IMG/VR virus record: IMGVR_UViG_3300046786_000293
Coordinates: 32,001-96,000 of that record
Origin: a virus
Taxonomy: Duplodnaviria; Caudoviricetes
Direction: 5' to 3' (one strand)
Length of the DNA stretch: 64,000 bases
Shown here: positions 27,371 to 36,517 of the stretch, piece by piece
How positions within the stretch are numbered: the first letter of the stretch is position 1
Layout of the letters: each line of letters starts with the position of its first letter
The notes under the pieces: generated by a model
What the model was told of the DNA's origin: nothing
What the model saw: only the letters and a program-made list of their open reading frames with translations
Database searches by the model: none
Made by a program: the position numbers and the translations under genes

Positions 27371-28474
27371 TTATATAGCCGGCAATTCGTCGTAGTCTAA
27401 AGAATCACTCATTACACCGATTACATAATTAGTTGACTCATTTTCTTGTAGTGCTGTTTGTTTTTTACTTGTATCGCTATGCTTATTAAACCAAGGAATA
27501 GGTGTTGTCTTGGGTGCAGTAGCCCAATACTTAATACCAATATCTTTAAGCGCACCAACTGCTGTATAGTCTACAAAGTCTTTAAGAATATTTGCATTAA
27601 GACCAATAACAGGACCTTTCTTGAACAAATAGTCAGCCCATGCTTTTTCTTCGGCAATAACATCACGGTAAATTTGCATAACTTCTTCATGACACTCTTG
27701 TGCCACTCGAGCAAAGCGTGGATCTTCTTTGACTACTTGATTGATTAAGAAAGCAGTCCACCCTTTGTGTAGTAGTTCGTCTTGTAAGATAAGACTAATA
27801 ATGTTGCCGTTACCAATGAAGATTTTGTTCTCAACCATTGCCAGACTTGTAGCAAAGCTAACCATAAAGCGGAAGGCTTCCAAGGCATAACTTGCGTGTA
27901 GAGCCAAATAGATTGCTTTGATGTGTGCTTCTTCGCCTGCCATGTTAGGATCAATTTCTTTATAGCAATTGATCTTGTGTAGGTTGTCATAATGCTTGCC
28001 TACACTACTTGCCATATCAACAATCTCTTTGGTGTCATGAATTGTATTAAACACTTCTTTAGGCACGTTGTAGATGTTGCGAATAATATGACTGTAACTG
28101 CGACTATGAATGTTTGTCTCAAAGAATGTCCAGTTGTAGACCAGGGCTTCTAGTTCTGGCAAACTTACCACTGGTGTAAAAATTTGGCTTGGGCCTCGAC
28201 CTTGCAAACTGTCCAACGCTGTTTGACGTAGTAAGTTTGAAGTAAAAATATGTTTAACCGCATCCGACGCTTCTTTAAAGTCGCCTGCATCTTTTGTTAA
28301 ACTGATTTCTTCAGGTACCCAAAAGAATCCGCGAGCAGTCTTTTCAAAGTCTGCAATTTTATTATATTTTACTTCTTCAAAACGCTGGATAGTAACCGGA
28401 CCTGCAGGATCCAGAAACATTTTACGTGATAAGTAATCTGTTTTAGTGGTTAAGTTATATTGTTCTTTACTCAT
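27371..28474 (-). CDS. nrdB: Ribonucleotide reductase class Ia beta subunit
   Basis: FFWVPEEISL, LDSLQGR, ETNIHSRSYSHI, LEAFRFMVSF, QDELLH, QENESTNY. Confidence 0.95.
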   Translation of the reverse strand: MSKEQYNLTTKTDYLSRKMFLDPAGPVTIQRFEEVKYNKIADFEKTARGFFWVPEEISLTKDAGDFKEASDAVKHIFTSNLLRQTALDSLQGRGPSQIFTPVVSLPELEALVYNWTFFETNIHSRSYSHIIRNIYNVPKEVFNTIHDTKEIVDMASSVGKHYDNLHKINCYKEIDPNMAGEEAHIKAIYLALHASYALEAFRFMVSFATSLAMVENKIFIGNGNIISLILQDELLHKGWTAFLINQVVKEDPRFARVAQECHEEVMQIYRDVIAEEKAWADYLFKKGPVIGLNANILKDFVDYTAVGALKDIGIKYWATAPKTTPIPWFNKHSDTSKKQTALQENESTNYVIGVMSDSLDYDELPAI

Positions 28475-28475
28475 A

Positions 28476-29075
28476 TTATTTCATTTGTATAGGTTTAACT
28501 GGTTTATCAAACGGATCGGGAGCGGCTACAGGATGTCTACCACATGCTCTCTTATTCCCTTGTCCTGCTTCTGTTAAAAACTCTGTGCCTTTGGCAATTT
28601 GACCGATAGGACAGCTACACGTAGCAGTCACAGTTCCATTTGTAGGATCTTTGTCGTATTTACACATCATACCCCAACAATTAGTAGATCCTTCTGCCAA
28701 AGCACCCGGGCAACTTTGAATTTGTGCTTTTGTTGCACTGGGGGGTCGTCTTGCAAAACCGTTTGCTTCTTGCGGGTAGTGAAATCCTTCTACCAATCGA
28801 GGTGCGAATAAACTCCATACTTGTGTGCTAGGATCATCCACGCTACAACTGCCTTTCATAACACCTGCACTTAGATCAGCAATACTAGGCCCTTCGAGTA
28901 CAGGACATTTACACACTACCTCAGGATAAGTAACACCGTTATTGGTAGTAATAGTTTTACCAGTCTTAGTACAAGTACTTGCGGCACATAGTGCAAATTT
29001 ACCTTGACAAATTGTTAATTCGCCGGCAAAAACAGATGAAGATAAGAACGCTAATAATAAAAATATTTTTTTCAT
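28476..29075 (-). CDS. Secreted cysteine-rich protein
   Basis: Signal peptide MKKIFLLLAFLSSSVFA; 12 Cys in the mature part. Confidence 0.75.
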   Translation of the reverse strand: MKKIFLLLAFLSSSVFAGELTICQGKFALCAASTCTKTGKTITTNNGVTYPEVVCKCPVLEGPSIADLSAGVMKGSCSVDDPSTQVWSLFAPRLVEGFHYPQEANGFARRPPSATKAQIQSCPGALAEGSTNCWGMMCKYDKDPTNGTVTATCSCPIGQIAKGTEFLTEAGQGNKRACGRHPVAAPDPFDKPVKPIQMK

Positions 29076-29083
29076 GTTATTCC

Positions 29084-31429
29084 TTAAAGTTTACACGATT
29101 CACAATCTTCAACATCATCATAGTCGTCAATGATAGGTGTTTTGATTGTATCCCACATCTTTTGTTCTTCAGTTCTGTTGTCTTGTGATTTGGAACCTTG
29201 CTTGTTGATTAGACTATAATAGAAAGTCTTAATACCCCACATCTGTGCCTGCATTAAATTCTTGGCAATCAATGTAGTGGGTACTTTACGACCTTCAAAA
29301 TGTGCAGGATTGTAGAAAGTATTTGTAGATATACTTTGATCAATGTAGGCCTGTAACACTGCGGCCGTTTTTAGATAACCAACGCAATCAGTTTGATCCC
29401 ACATTAATTGATATTTGTTCTTTAACTTTTGATATTCGGGCACAACTTGAGTAAAACTTCCTGCCTTACTTTCTTTTGTGCTGATTAAACTCATTGGCAT
29501 TTCTATACCGTTGGTGCTGTTAATTACTACGCTCGAGCTTTCAACTGGTGCAACTGCCATAAGGGTAGCGTTGCGAACACCATGCGTTTGCATTTTGACT
29601 CGTAGACCTTCCCAGTCCAGTTCTGGAGCAAAGGATGTGAGTTCATCCACTCCTTTAGATCTGCGTTCCCAAGGAAACACACCTCTACCATACCATGTAC
29701 GGTCACTATCCTTACAGCGACCGCGTTCGGCGGCAAGTTCCACAGTCGCTTCAGTAAGATAGTACGCTTGATGTTCCATCCAGGATTTAACTTCTGCCAA
29801 AGCGTCTGAATTGCCGTATTGGAGTCCACGTTTGGCATGCCAGTAAGCAAGGTTTGTAACACCGATACCCAAGGGTTGAATTTCATCGTTGGATAGTTTG
29901 CTTTGGATCGAAAGGAAGTCTTGGTAGTCAAGGATATTACATAAGGATCTCTGAAGAATGCGACAAGCACGGCGCATATCCTCAGGATTGCGGAACGCTC
30001 CCCAATTAATGGAGCCCAGTGTACAAAGTGCGATGCGACCTTGATCGTCGTCCAGGCGTTTGAAAGGTTTTGTGGGAAGTAGAATTTCACAGCAAAGGTT
30101 ACTCTGGTAGATAGTGTGATACTCAGGATCAAATGGTCCTTGATTCATCACGTTGTCAATAAACACTAGATAAATGCGACCAGTGTCTGTTCGCTCCTTA
30201 AGTATTCCAGATTTGAATACTTCCTCGGCACTCATTACTTTCTTGCGTAGGTCAGTGCGTTTTTCACACTTAACATATAGTTCTTCGAACAACGCTGTAT
30301 TAGAGTAGAAGGCTTCGTATAGGTCTGGTACTTCATTAGGGTCAAAGAAGGTAATATTCTCTTTATTCCTGAAGCGTCTCCAAAAGAATGCAGAAAGCAC
30401 AACACCGTAATCCATGTGTCGTACTCGGGTTTCGTCTGTACCTTGATTGTTCTTGAGCACAATGAGATCATCGAATTGATGATGCCATATGGGATAGAAA
30501 ACCGTAGCACTAGCATTGCGAATACCTCCTTGTGAACAACTACGCAAGTCACCAAACCACTTCTTCAAAAATGGAATCATACCAGTATGCATGATCTCGC
30601 CGCCTCGAATGGGTGATCCCAAAGGACGTAGACGTCCGATCTCTAAGCCAATGCCAGCACGTTTACTGGCATACTTGGCCATCATTTCGCCGCTAGCGAA
30701 TATACTATCCAAATCATCATCACTCCTAATAAGAACGCAACTAGAAAATTGTTTCGTCGGAGTGCCAAGGCCAGCAAGGACAGGAGTAGCAAGAGTAAAA
30801 AGACCATCACTAGCAGCATTATAATATTCCTTAATGTAACGCATACGAGCCGAATTAGGCTCTTCATTGTGGAAAACAGTAGCAGCCGCAATCATATAAC
30901 GTATCTGCGGCGTTTCATAAATTTCTTTAGTAGCACGATTGCGAACTAGATACTTTTCAATAAGTTGTTCAATTGCGGCATAACTGTAGTGCTCGTCTTT
31001 GGTATGATCGAGCAAGTCATTCATTCGATTCCAATCTTCTTGGCTATACCATTCAAGTAATTCCGGAGTATATAAACCAACAGCTACATTCTTTTTTACA
31101 ATATCATAAATGTGTGGAACATCATATGATCCGTAAACGTCTTTTCGCAACATTGATAGACGTTGTTTACCTGCTACATATTGATAATTAATATTACCAA
31201 CATCGGGATTAGATTCTACGTCAATGAGATCGACACAGGCTCTTAGTGTAATTTCGTCGATTTCTTTTGTAGTGATACCATCATAGAAATGTGGTTGCGC
31301 TTTAATTTCAATCATCGATTGACTAACATCTGCAATGCCACCGCATATTTTTGTTATTTGCGCTTGCCACTTCTCGATTGTCAACGGTTCTTTTTTTCCG
31401 GATCTTTTTGTAACTTGAATTATTGTCAT
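29084..31429 (-). CDS. nrdA: Ribonucleotide reductase class Ia alpha subunit with ATP-cone
   Basis: VTKRSG ATP-cone, TPVLAG, QFSSC, SNLCCEI, CTLGSIN, APVESSS, KTFYY, C-terminal CESCKL; uninterrupted. Confidence 0.97.
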   Translation of the reverse strand: MTIIQVTKRSGKKEPLTIEKWQAQITKICGGIADVSQSMIEIKAQPHFYDGITTKEIDEITLRACVDLIDVESNPDVGNINYQYVAGKQRLSMLRKDVYGSYDVPHIYDIVKKNVAVGLYTPELLEWYSQEDWNRMNDLLDHTKDEHYSYAAIEQLIEKYLVRNRATKEIYETPQIRYMIAAATVFHNEEPNSARMRYIKEYYNAASDGLFTLATPVLAGLGTPTKQFSSCVLIRSDDDLDSIFASGEMMAKYASKRAGIGLEIGRLRPLGSPIRGGEIMHTGMIPFLKKWFGDLRSCSQGGIRNASATVFYPIWHHQFDDLIVLKNNQGTDETRVRHMDYGVVLSAFFWRRFRNKENITFFDPNEVPDLYEAFYSNTALFEELYVKCEKRTDLRKKVMSAEEVFKSGILKERTDTGRIYLVFIDNVMNQGPFDPEYHTIYQSNLCCEILLPTKPFKRLDDDQGRIALCTLGSINWGAFRNPEDMRRACRILQRSLCNILDYQDFLSIQSKLSNDEIQPLGIGVTNLAYWHAKRGLQYGNSDALAEVKSWMEHQAYYLTEATVELAAERGRCKDSDRTWYGRGVFPWERRSKGVDELTSFAPELDWEGLRVKMQTHGVRNATLMAVAPVESSSVVINSTNGIEMPMSLISTKESKAGSFTQVVPEYQKLKNKYQLMWDQTDCVGYLKTAAVLQAYIDQSISTNTFYNPAHFEGRKVPTTLIAKNLMQAQMWGIKTFYYSLINKQGSKSQDNRTEEQKMWDTIKTPIIDDYDDVEDCESCKL

Positions 31430-31442
31430 TGATATTATTCTC

Positions 31443-31889
31443 TTATTGTAATTTGTCAAGACCTAGATCTTGAACAGTCAGGGTCTTTATTAACTTTAAA
31501 TTTTTGGAAACGTGTGCTTTATTTACAACCTCATCATGAACCAAATTAAGAACATATTTTCCTTTGTCAACAAATACTAAATTATACTGTTCCTTGGTCG
31601 AAGGTTCATTATATACTCTTATTTCAACATCCGGTTGATGGCTACTAAGATATAAAGTATACACTATTCCCAATGCTTTTGCAAGATCACAATAATAGTT
31701 TTCGTATATCAATTCCCATGGCCCGGGCCATTCTTCGATATGATCTGTAGTTAAGTAATGTGCCACGTATGGAGCATAACTCCAAAGATGTGTTGTTTCT
31801 TTAAGTGCTTGCTCAAGTTCTTGTTCGCTGATTTTTTTTCGAAAGTCATGCCAAAAGCGAAGGCGTTCGCTCGGTAGGTGATTCCACAT
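31443..31889 (-). CDS. Hypothetical protein
   Basis: 148-aa ORF with TAAATA 4 nt upstream. Confidence 0.65.
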   Translation of the reverse strand: MWNHLPSERLRFWHDFRKKISEQELEQALKETTHLWSYAPYVAHYLTTDHIEEWPGPWELIYENYYCDLAKALGIVYTLYLSSHQPDVEIRVYNEPSTKEQYNLVFVDKGKYVLNLVHDEVVNKAHVSKNLKLIKTLTVQDLGLDKLQ

Positions 31890-31909
31890 AAGATATTTAA
31901 AAATACTGA

Positions 31910-32416
31910 TTAAAAAGTTAAAGTGCTAAAATTATATTTAATATTAGCATTGGCACCTGTATTAGTTGCGACATACCCTATTTGTGTAAAGGTTGCACTA
32001 ATATTAGATGCTTGAGTAAAAGTTAAAGTTACACCTATATTAGCTGTTTCTGTATAGGTATCATTAAATGATACAGTTGATGTGTTTTGTGCAATTAGAA
32101 TAGTTCCTTGTCTGTAATCACTTGCTCTTTGAATAGCATAGTTCATTGTAATACAAGGATTTAATGTTGAAAAAACTAAACCAGAAATATTTCCTGTAGT
32201 ATTGTCAGTTAATACAGCGGAGTTTGAGTATGGAAGATCATTTTCGGTCAAAACTCTAGTATTACCAACTTCGGGCGCACCTTCATCTAAGGTACCATTA
32301 CCGATAAACAATTCTTGAGTATCAACACTCCAGCCAAACTCTGCGCTAGATAATTGAGGTAGGTCTTCTGCTAGTCCCCTACGATTTTTAATTTGACTAA
32401 TTTGAACTATGGCCAT
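31910..32416 (-). CDS. Virion fibre-associated protein with Mtd/hyaluronidase-like N-terminus
   Basis: QIKNRRG...LPQLSSAEFGWSVDTQELFIGNG. Confidence 0.6.
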   Translation of the reverse strand: MAIVQISQIKNRRGLAEDLPQLSSAEFGWSVDTQELFIGNGTLDEGAPEVGNTRVLTENDLPYSNSAVLTDNTTGNISGLVFSTLNPCITMNYAIQRASDYRQGTILIAQNTSTVSFNDTYTETANIGVTLTFTQASNISATFTQIGYVATNTGANANIKYNFSTLTF

Positions 32417-32437
32417 ATTACAATCCTAATATTGTAT

Positions 32438-33121
32438 TTAGTTTGTAAGATAATACAACTCCACTCGTTTAAGCCACTCATTGGACCAATGCTCGAATTC
32501 GTCTTCTAAAATCTCAAACTCTTGGTATTCATTGTTAGCACTACACATTAAAATAACACCGCTTTTAATGCCGGTTCCGTGTGTATTATTGTGAGCCATG
32601 GCATAGGCCGCTAGTTGTATAAAATAGTCGTCAATCCACTCTCTTTTCTTGGGTTTATTAGTCTGTTTGAAGTCTAAAATAGCAGGTTTACCCTTCCAAA
32701 TGCCCACACAATCTGTAGTGCCCGCATACAGTCCGCTATAGTAAACAGGAACTTCTACACCCCAAAATTCAGTAACATTTTTTCCTAACCCCTCAAATAT
32801 AATAACATTGGCCATAGCGTGACTTTGCTGGCTATAAGGATTAGTGCCTGGCAAGTTTATTTGCCCGTTCTTAACATAGTCCTCTAACCACTTGTGCATA
32901 CGTGTGCCTCGACTCGCTGCTTCGGTGGTAATTTGTTGGGCTTGTTGTTCACCTACCCTGCGTTTCCAATTGGCCAGTGCTTGGCGTTTTTCTTCAGGTT
33001 TTGTTTTATCTAATATTGTGGTAACACTAGGTACTTTGCTACCGTCGGGTAAAGCGTAATGGCGTTTGCCTTCTATTGTGGTTCTACTAATGGATGTGTA
33101 ATTAAATTTATTGACTAACAT
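32438..33121 (-). CDS. PD-(D/E)xK exonuclease (Cas4/MGME1-like phage exonuclease)
   Basis: PSVTTIL, RGTRMH, E, AGTTD, ILDFKQ, QLAAYA. Confidence 0.85.
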   Translation of the reverse strand: MLVNKFNYTSISRTTIEGKRHYALPDGSKVPSVTTILDKTKPEEKRQALANWKRRVGEQQAQQITTEAASRGTRMHKWLEDYVKNGQINLPGTNPYSQQSHAMANVIIFEGLGKNVTEFWGVEVPVYYSGLYAGTTDCVGIWKGKPAILDFKQTNKPKKREWIDDYFIQLAAYAMAHNNTHGTGIKSGVILMCSANNEYQEFEILEDEFEHWSNEWLKRVELYYLTN

Positions 33122-33442
33122 TTATACTCTAAAACTTTCTCCGCAACCACAACGGTCACGTTCATTGGGATTCCGAAATTCAAATCCCTCATTTAATCCG
33201 TTTCTTACATAGTCTATTTCTAACCCTGCCAGATAAGGGCAACTTTTTGGATCTACAAATACTTTACAACCATTACAATCAATACATTGATCTTCGGGGC
33301 CGGGATTGTCTACGTATTCTAGCACATAAGCTAAACCACTGCAACCAGTTGTTTTTACCCCCACTCGAAGTCCAACACCAGAACCGCGTTTAGCAAGTTG
33401 CTGTTGAATCTTTTTAGACGCTGTGTTTGTTACGGTAATCAT
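33122..33442 (-). CDS. iscA: Fe-S cluster assembly A-type carrier IscA
   Basis: TTGCSGLAY, DYVRNGLNEGFEF.NPN...CGCGESF. Confidence 0.95.
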   Translation of the reverse strand: MITVTNTASKKIQQQLAKRGSGVGLRVGVKTTGCSGLAYVLEYVDNPGPEDQCIDCNGCKVFVDPKSCPYLAGLEIDYVRNGLNEGFEFRNPNERDRCGCGESFRV

Positions 33443-33809
33443 TAACTGCGGCCTTGATAGCATCTTCGGCAAGAATAGAGCAATGTATCTTCACAGGCGG
33501 AAGGGCTAGTTCTTCTGCGATTTCTGAGTTTTTAATTGAGCTAGCTTGGTCAAGAGTCTTTCCTTTGACCCATTCAGTAACGAGGCTACTGGACGCGATT
33601 GCCGATCCGCAGCCATACGTTTTAAATTTCGCATCTGTAATAATACCTGTAACATTGTCTACCTTTATTTGTAATTTCATCACATCGCCTATCTAACCAC
33701 ACGCTGGGGCGCCAACCATGCCAGTCCCAACGTGCGTGTCCTCCTTATCAAATGATCCCACATTTCTGGGATTTTCGTAATGATCAATTACTTTATTACT
33801 GTATGCCAT
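33414..33809 (-). CDS. iscU: Fe-S scaffold IscU interrupted by a 9-nt in-frame insertion containing TAG (recoded or pseudogene)
   Basis: Manual translation from ATG 33809: MAYSNKVIDHYENPRNVGSF...GMVGAPACG*IGDVMKLQIKV...FKTYGCGSAIASSS...LPPVKIHCSILAEDA. Removing 9 nt gives canonical APACGDVMKL and a 128-aa protein. Confidence 0.9.
33687..33698 (-). other. Candidate translational bypass (stop-hop) element GGU-UAG-AUA-GGC
   Basis: Gly take-off codon, amber stop, one spacer codon, Gly landing codon; both Gly codons are readable by tRNA-Gly(GCC). Confidence 0.55.
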
Positions 33810-34398
33810 AGTGTTCTCCCGTTATAGCAAAAATGATCGAATCGGGTTGATACGAATGCCATTTTAATCTATTGTCCTCTCCCTTTAAAAATTGTATATT
33901 CTTTTTACTTCCAAGTAAAGATGCAGGTATACCTAATTCAAAACCTTGTTTAATTGGAATTATGTGATCTATTTGAAGACTAAATTTATGTTTTCCGAAT
34001 CTTGGAATAAAATTTCCGGCGGCTTTTAATTCTTTTATAGACCTATATGTAAATTTCCTAACTTCACTTTTGTATAAAATGTATTCGTTATTGATTTCTT
34101 TCTTAGGTCTTAAATTGTTAAGTTTTCCATCTGCATTAGGGTTATTTTTAATCCACCGCTGGCGTTGCAACTCATTAGGTTTTCCTTTATTCCAGCCATG
34201 GCCTTTTTTCAATCCTTCAAGGTTTAATAATGATTTTTGTTCGTCAGTTAGTTTTAAGCCTTTATTCCATGCAACATTGCCCGGACGATTAATTGGATTT
34301 TTACACGAAGTTGAGCAATACATCAAAAATCTAGGCTTTGTTACAAATTGTTTTTTGCAGTGGAGGCAAATATTTTCTAGACCATATTTGTTTTTCAT
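33796..34398 (-). mobile_element. Free-standing HNH homing endonuclease gene
   Basis: N-terminal CxxC..CxxxC, two WNKG (NUMOD3-like) repeats, C-terminal QIDHIIP...KNIQFL...NRLK; overlaps the iscU start by 14 nt; TAAATA 5 nt upstream. Confidence 0.8.
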
Positions 34399-34432
34399 AC
34401 AAATATTTATCTAGGTGCGCTTGCTTGTGGGT

Positions 34433-34807
34433 TTACTTTTGTCTACGCTTCATGGCGCTCTTAGCCATGTTAGAGACTGTTTGTGCTGGATTGTCAACTG
34501 TTCCAAAATCATCATCTGGATTAGTAACAGTAGAATAACTATCAGTTTTGAATACTATCTCGTCGCCGGCCATTTGTTTAACGATATTTTTCATAGCAGG
34601 AATTTCTTCGTTGGCGGCTTTTAGATCCTCTAATCCAAAACTAACTAGCCCAGTATTTTGGATTAGACGTACAATAAATTGTGCGGGCAATTTCGATTGC
34701 AGTTCGCCTTGGTCAATTTTACTCTTGACGAGACTTAACACGGTGACAATCTTTGAATGAATCTCACCGGTTTCCGAATCTTCAAGAATAAAATCACTTG
34801 CTCGCAT
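34433..34807 (-). CDS. Hypothetical protein
   Basis: 124-aa ORF in a late-gene block. Confidence 0.65.
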   Translation of the reverse strand: MRASDFILEDSETGEIHSKIVTVLSLVKSKIDQGELQSKLPAQFIVRLIQNTGLVSFGLEDLKAANEEIPAMKNIVKQMAGDEIVFKTDSYSTVTNPDDDFGTVDNPAQTVSNMAKSAMKRRQK

Positions 34808-35481
34808 TAACGACGCTCTCTGCCTAGGTCTTCTTCTCCGCCAGCGGCTGCGTCGGCTGCACCAAATCCATTGTCTTGATCTAAATCATTTAGCTCAGGA
34901 CTGGGCAACTCTCCGCCCATGTCGTCTATAGGAGCGCCGCCCATGGCCATTGGCTCAGCAACTTGCTCTCCTGCTAATGCTCGGCTTCCTTGATCTAGAC
35001 TGTCGCGGGCACCATTTAGTGCATCCATCAGCCCTTGTAGTGCGGCTGTAGCAGTTTGTTTAAATTGGTCGGCTTGTGCAGCACCTAATTGATCGCGGAT
35101 TGTATCTAGCAATGGAGGAAGTTCTTCGTTCATCATCTTGCTAGCATCAGTAATCATATCCTGAATGCTGTCTACCATGTCTTTAGCGGCTAGTACTGCT
35201 TCTGCAGTTTCTAATTCGCCTTCCATCAATGGATTGTGCTGATCTAACCATGCATTTAGGCCTTCGCGAACCATAAGCATTTCCATATACTTAGGATTCT
35301 TTTCTGCTGTGTGGGCACCGTAACTTTTACGGATAGCATTTAGGTTTTCGCCAAGAGCAATATTTAAACGCTGTGCTTTTGCATAGGTTAAATTATCATA
35401 GTTAATAGCAAAACCAAAGCGGCTTTCCATTACTTTGTTTAGACGCTTTGTGGTCTGTGGTGCTAGTTCTTTTAGGTTCAT
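34807..35481 (-). CDS. Acidic helical protein, possible prohead core/scaffold
   Basis: Ala/Asp/Glu-rich with a G/D-rich tail; TAAATA upstream; function is inference. Confidence 0.5.
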   Translation of the reverse strand: MNLKELAPQTTKRLNKVMESRFGFAINYDNLTYAKAQRLNIALGENLNAIRKSYGAHTAEKNPKYMEMLMVREGLNAWLDQHNPLMEGELETAEAVLAAKDMVDSIQDMITDASKMMNEELPPLLDTIRDQLGAAQADQFKQTATAALQGLMDALNGARDSLDQGSRALAGEQVAEPMAMGGAPIDDMGGELPSPELNDLDQDNGFGAADAAAGGEEDLGRERR

Positions 35482-36002
35482 AATATTCTATCCCAGATTT
35501 TATTATATTTAGCAGATAACAATCTTTTTTCTAATTCTTGACGCGCCAAATTAAACTTAGACTTAGATTCTAAGTATCTACTACGCCATAATTGTGCTTT
35601 AAATTCATCTGTTTTTTTATTAATTTTAGATATTTTATCTGTAAAAAAATCAAAATCAGTACTGGCAAATACCAAATTTTTGTCTGCTGTTAGCAATATA
35701 TCTGCGCTGTTATACAGTTTCATTCGTTCAAATACTGCATAGTACATTGCAGCTTGTTTACTGTAAAAATTATGCACAAATCTATCTTCATTGAACAGGG
35801 ACCAACAATGGGTCCCTTTATTTTTAATAGTAAAATTTCCAATGATCCAAGATTTATTTGTTATTTGTAGACAAACAGGAAACTGTTGGTCGTACCTTAA
35901 ATTTGTAAATTCTTTTGCTGCCCAAGTATCAATTTTACGAATTGCTAATTCGATTAAAAATTTACCTAGGTCGCTTTTTATAGATGATTCGGCCGTCTTC
36001 AT
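35478..36002 (-). CDS. Hypothetical protein
   Basis: 174-aa ORF. Confidence 0.65.
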   Translation of the reverse strand: MKTAESSIKSDLGKFLIELAIRKIDTWAAKEFTNLRYDQQFPVCLQITNKSWIIGNFTIKNKGTHCWSLFNEDRFVHNFYSKQAAMYYAVFERMKLYNSADILLTADKNLVFASTDFDFFTDKISKINKKTDEFKAQLWRSRYLESKSKFNLARQELEKRLLSAKYNKIWDRIL

Positions 36003-36174
36003 TTTTTCTTAATAATAGATTTTTGTTTACTAATTGATTTGCCAAATATTGCTGTCGTTCGTTTAATTCACCTTTGGCTATAACAGGTGTATCTTCGTCA
36101 AATTGAAGTAGCACATCTGCTTCTTCATTTGTGATAGCCATTTTCAATTGCTTTGTAACTTCTACGATTTTCAT
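35962..36174 (-). CDS. Small hypothetical (winged-helix-like) protein
   Basis: ITNEEADVLL...ERQQYLANQLVNKNLL.RK pattern. Confidence 0.55.
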   Translation of the reverse strand: MKIVEVTKQLKMAITNEEADVLLQFDEDTPVIAKGELNERQQYLANQLVNKNLLLRKNEDGRIIYKKRPR

Positions 36175-36434
36175 TTTGATGCTAAGTGAATAAGTAGGCT
36201 AATAATAGCAGTAAACATTACACCTACAATAGTGGTCCCAATCGCAATCATTTGTTTGTTTATGCCACCTGTTTTGTTAGTGATTGATTCTTTAATTTCC
36301 ACAATGTGACCTTCAATCACATTCATCCTGCTGTCTAAATTAGATAATTTATGATCCAAGTTTTTATACCTTTCAGCGCAAAGTTCTACGTGCGCCTCTA
36401 GGTTTTTCTTCTCAATATCGGTGGTGGTGCTCAT
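36171..36434 (-). CDS. Coiled-coil protein with C-terminal TM (XhlA/holin-like architecture)
   Basis: LSNLDSRMNVIEGHIVEIKE heptads followed by IAIGTTIVGVMFTAIISLLI. Confidence 0.6.
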   Translation of the reverse strand: MSTTTDIEKKNLEAHVELCAERYKNLDHKLSNLDSRMNVIEGHIVEIKESITNKTGGINKQMIAIGTTIVGVMFTAIISLLIHLASK

Positions 36435-36445
36435 ATTCGCCTTTT

Positions 36446-36517
36446 TTAGCGATGCATTAATAGTGTGCCTAAATGTGCCGTAAAGAGAAGCCTTAATGGT
36501 GCCGTAGCATCAACTAA
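36446..36517 (-). promoter_or_regulatory. Structured 5' leader with three GGCAC repeats
   Basis: TAAATA at 36518-36523; GAUGC/GCAUC closing stem around UACGGCAC x2 and AGGCAC. Confidence 0.5.

Noticed and set aside
27371-31429. Introns or inteins in nrdA/nrdB (and in the helicase)
   Set aside because: Frames are continuous, lengths are ordinary, and I see no intein or endonuclease motifs.
32438-33121. Cas4-like nuclease as a sign of a CRISPR system
   Set aside because: No repeat-spacer array or other cas genes in the window; stand-alone PD-(D/E)xK exonucleases are common in T4-like phages. The tandem repeats present are coding and lack unique spacers.
33693-33695. Genome-wide TAG reassignment (code 15/16) as the explanation for the iscU stop
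   Set aside because: Long genes (2172, 832, 781 aa) are open under the standard code, TAG ends several ORFs at natural positions (11519, 18708, 62168), and readthrough would leave a 3-aa insert beside the Fe-S Cys. Local suppression by a tRNA encoded elsewhere cannot be excluded.
33688-33696. The iscU insert read as a GT...AG micro-intron (G|GTTAGATAG|GC) or a group I/II intron
   Set aside because: Nine nt is too short for any ribozyme or spliceosomal intron, and bacteria have no spliceosome. No register gives both the 5' exon U and terminal G of group I, or the GUGYG...AY ends of group II.
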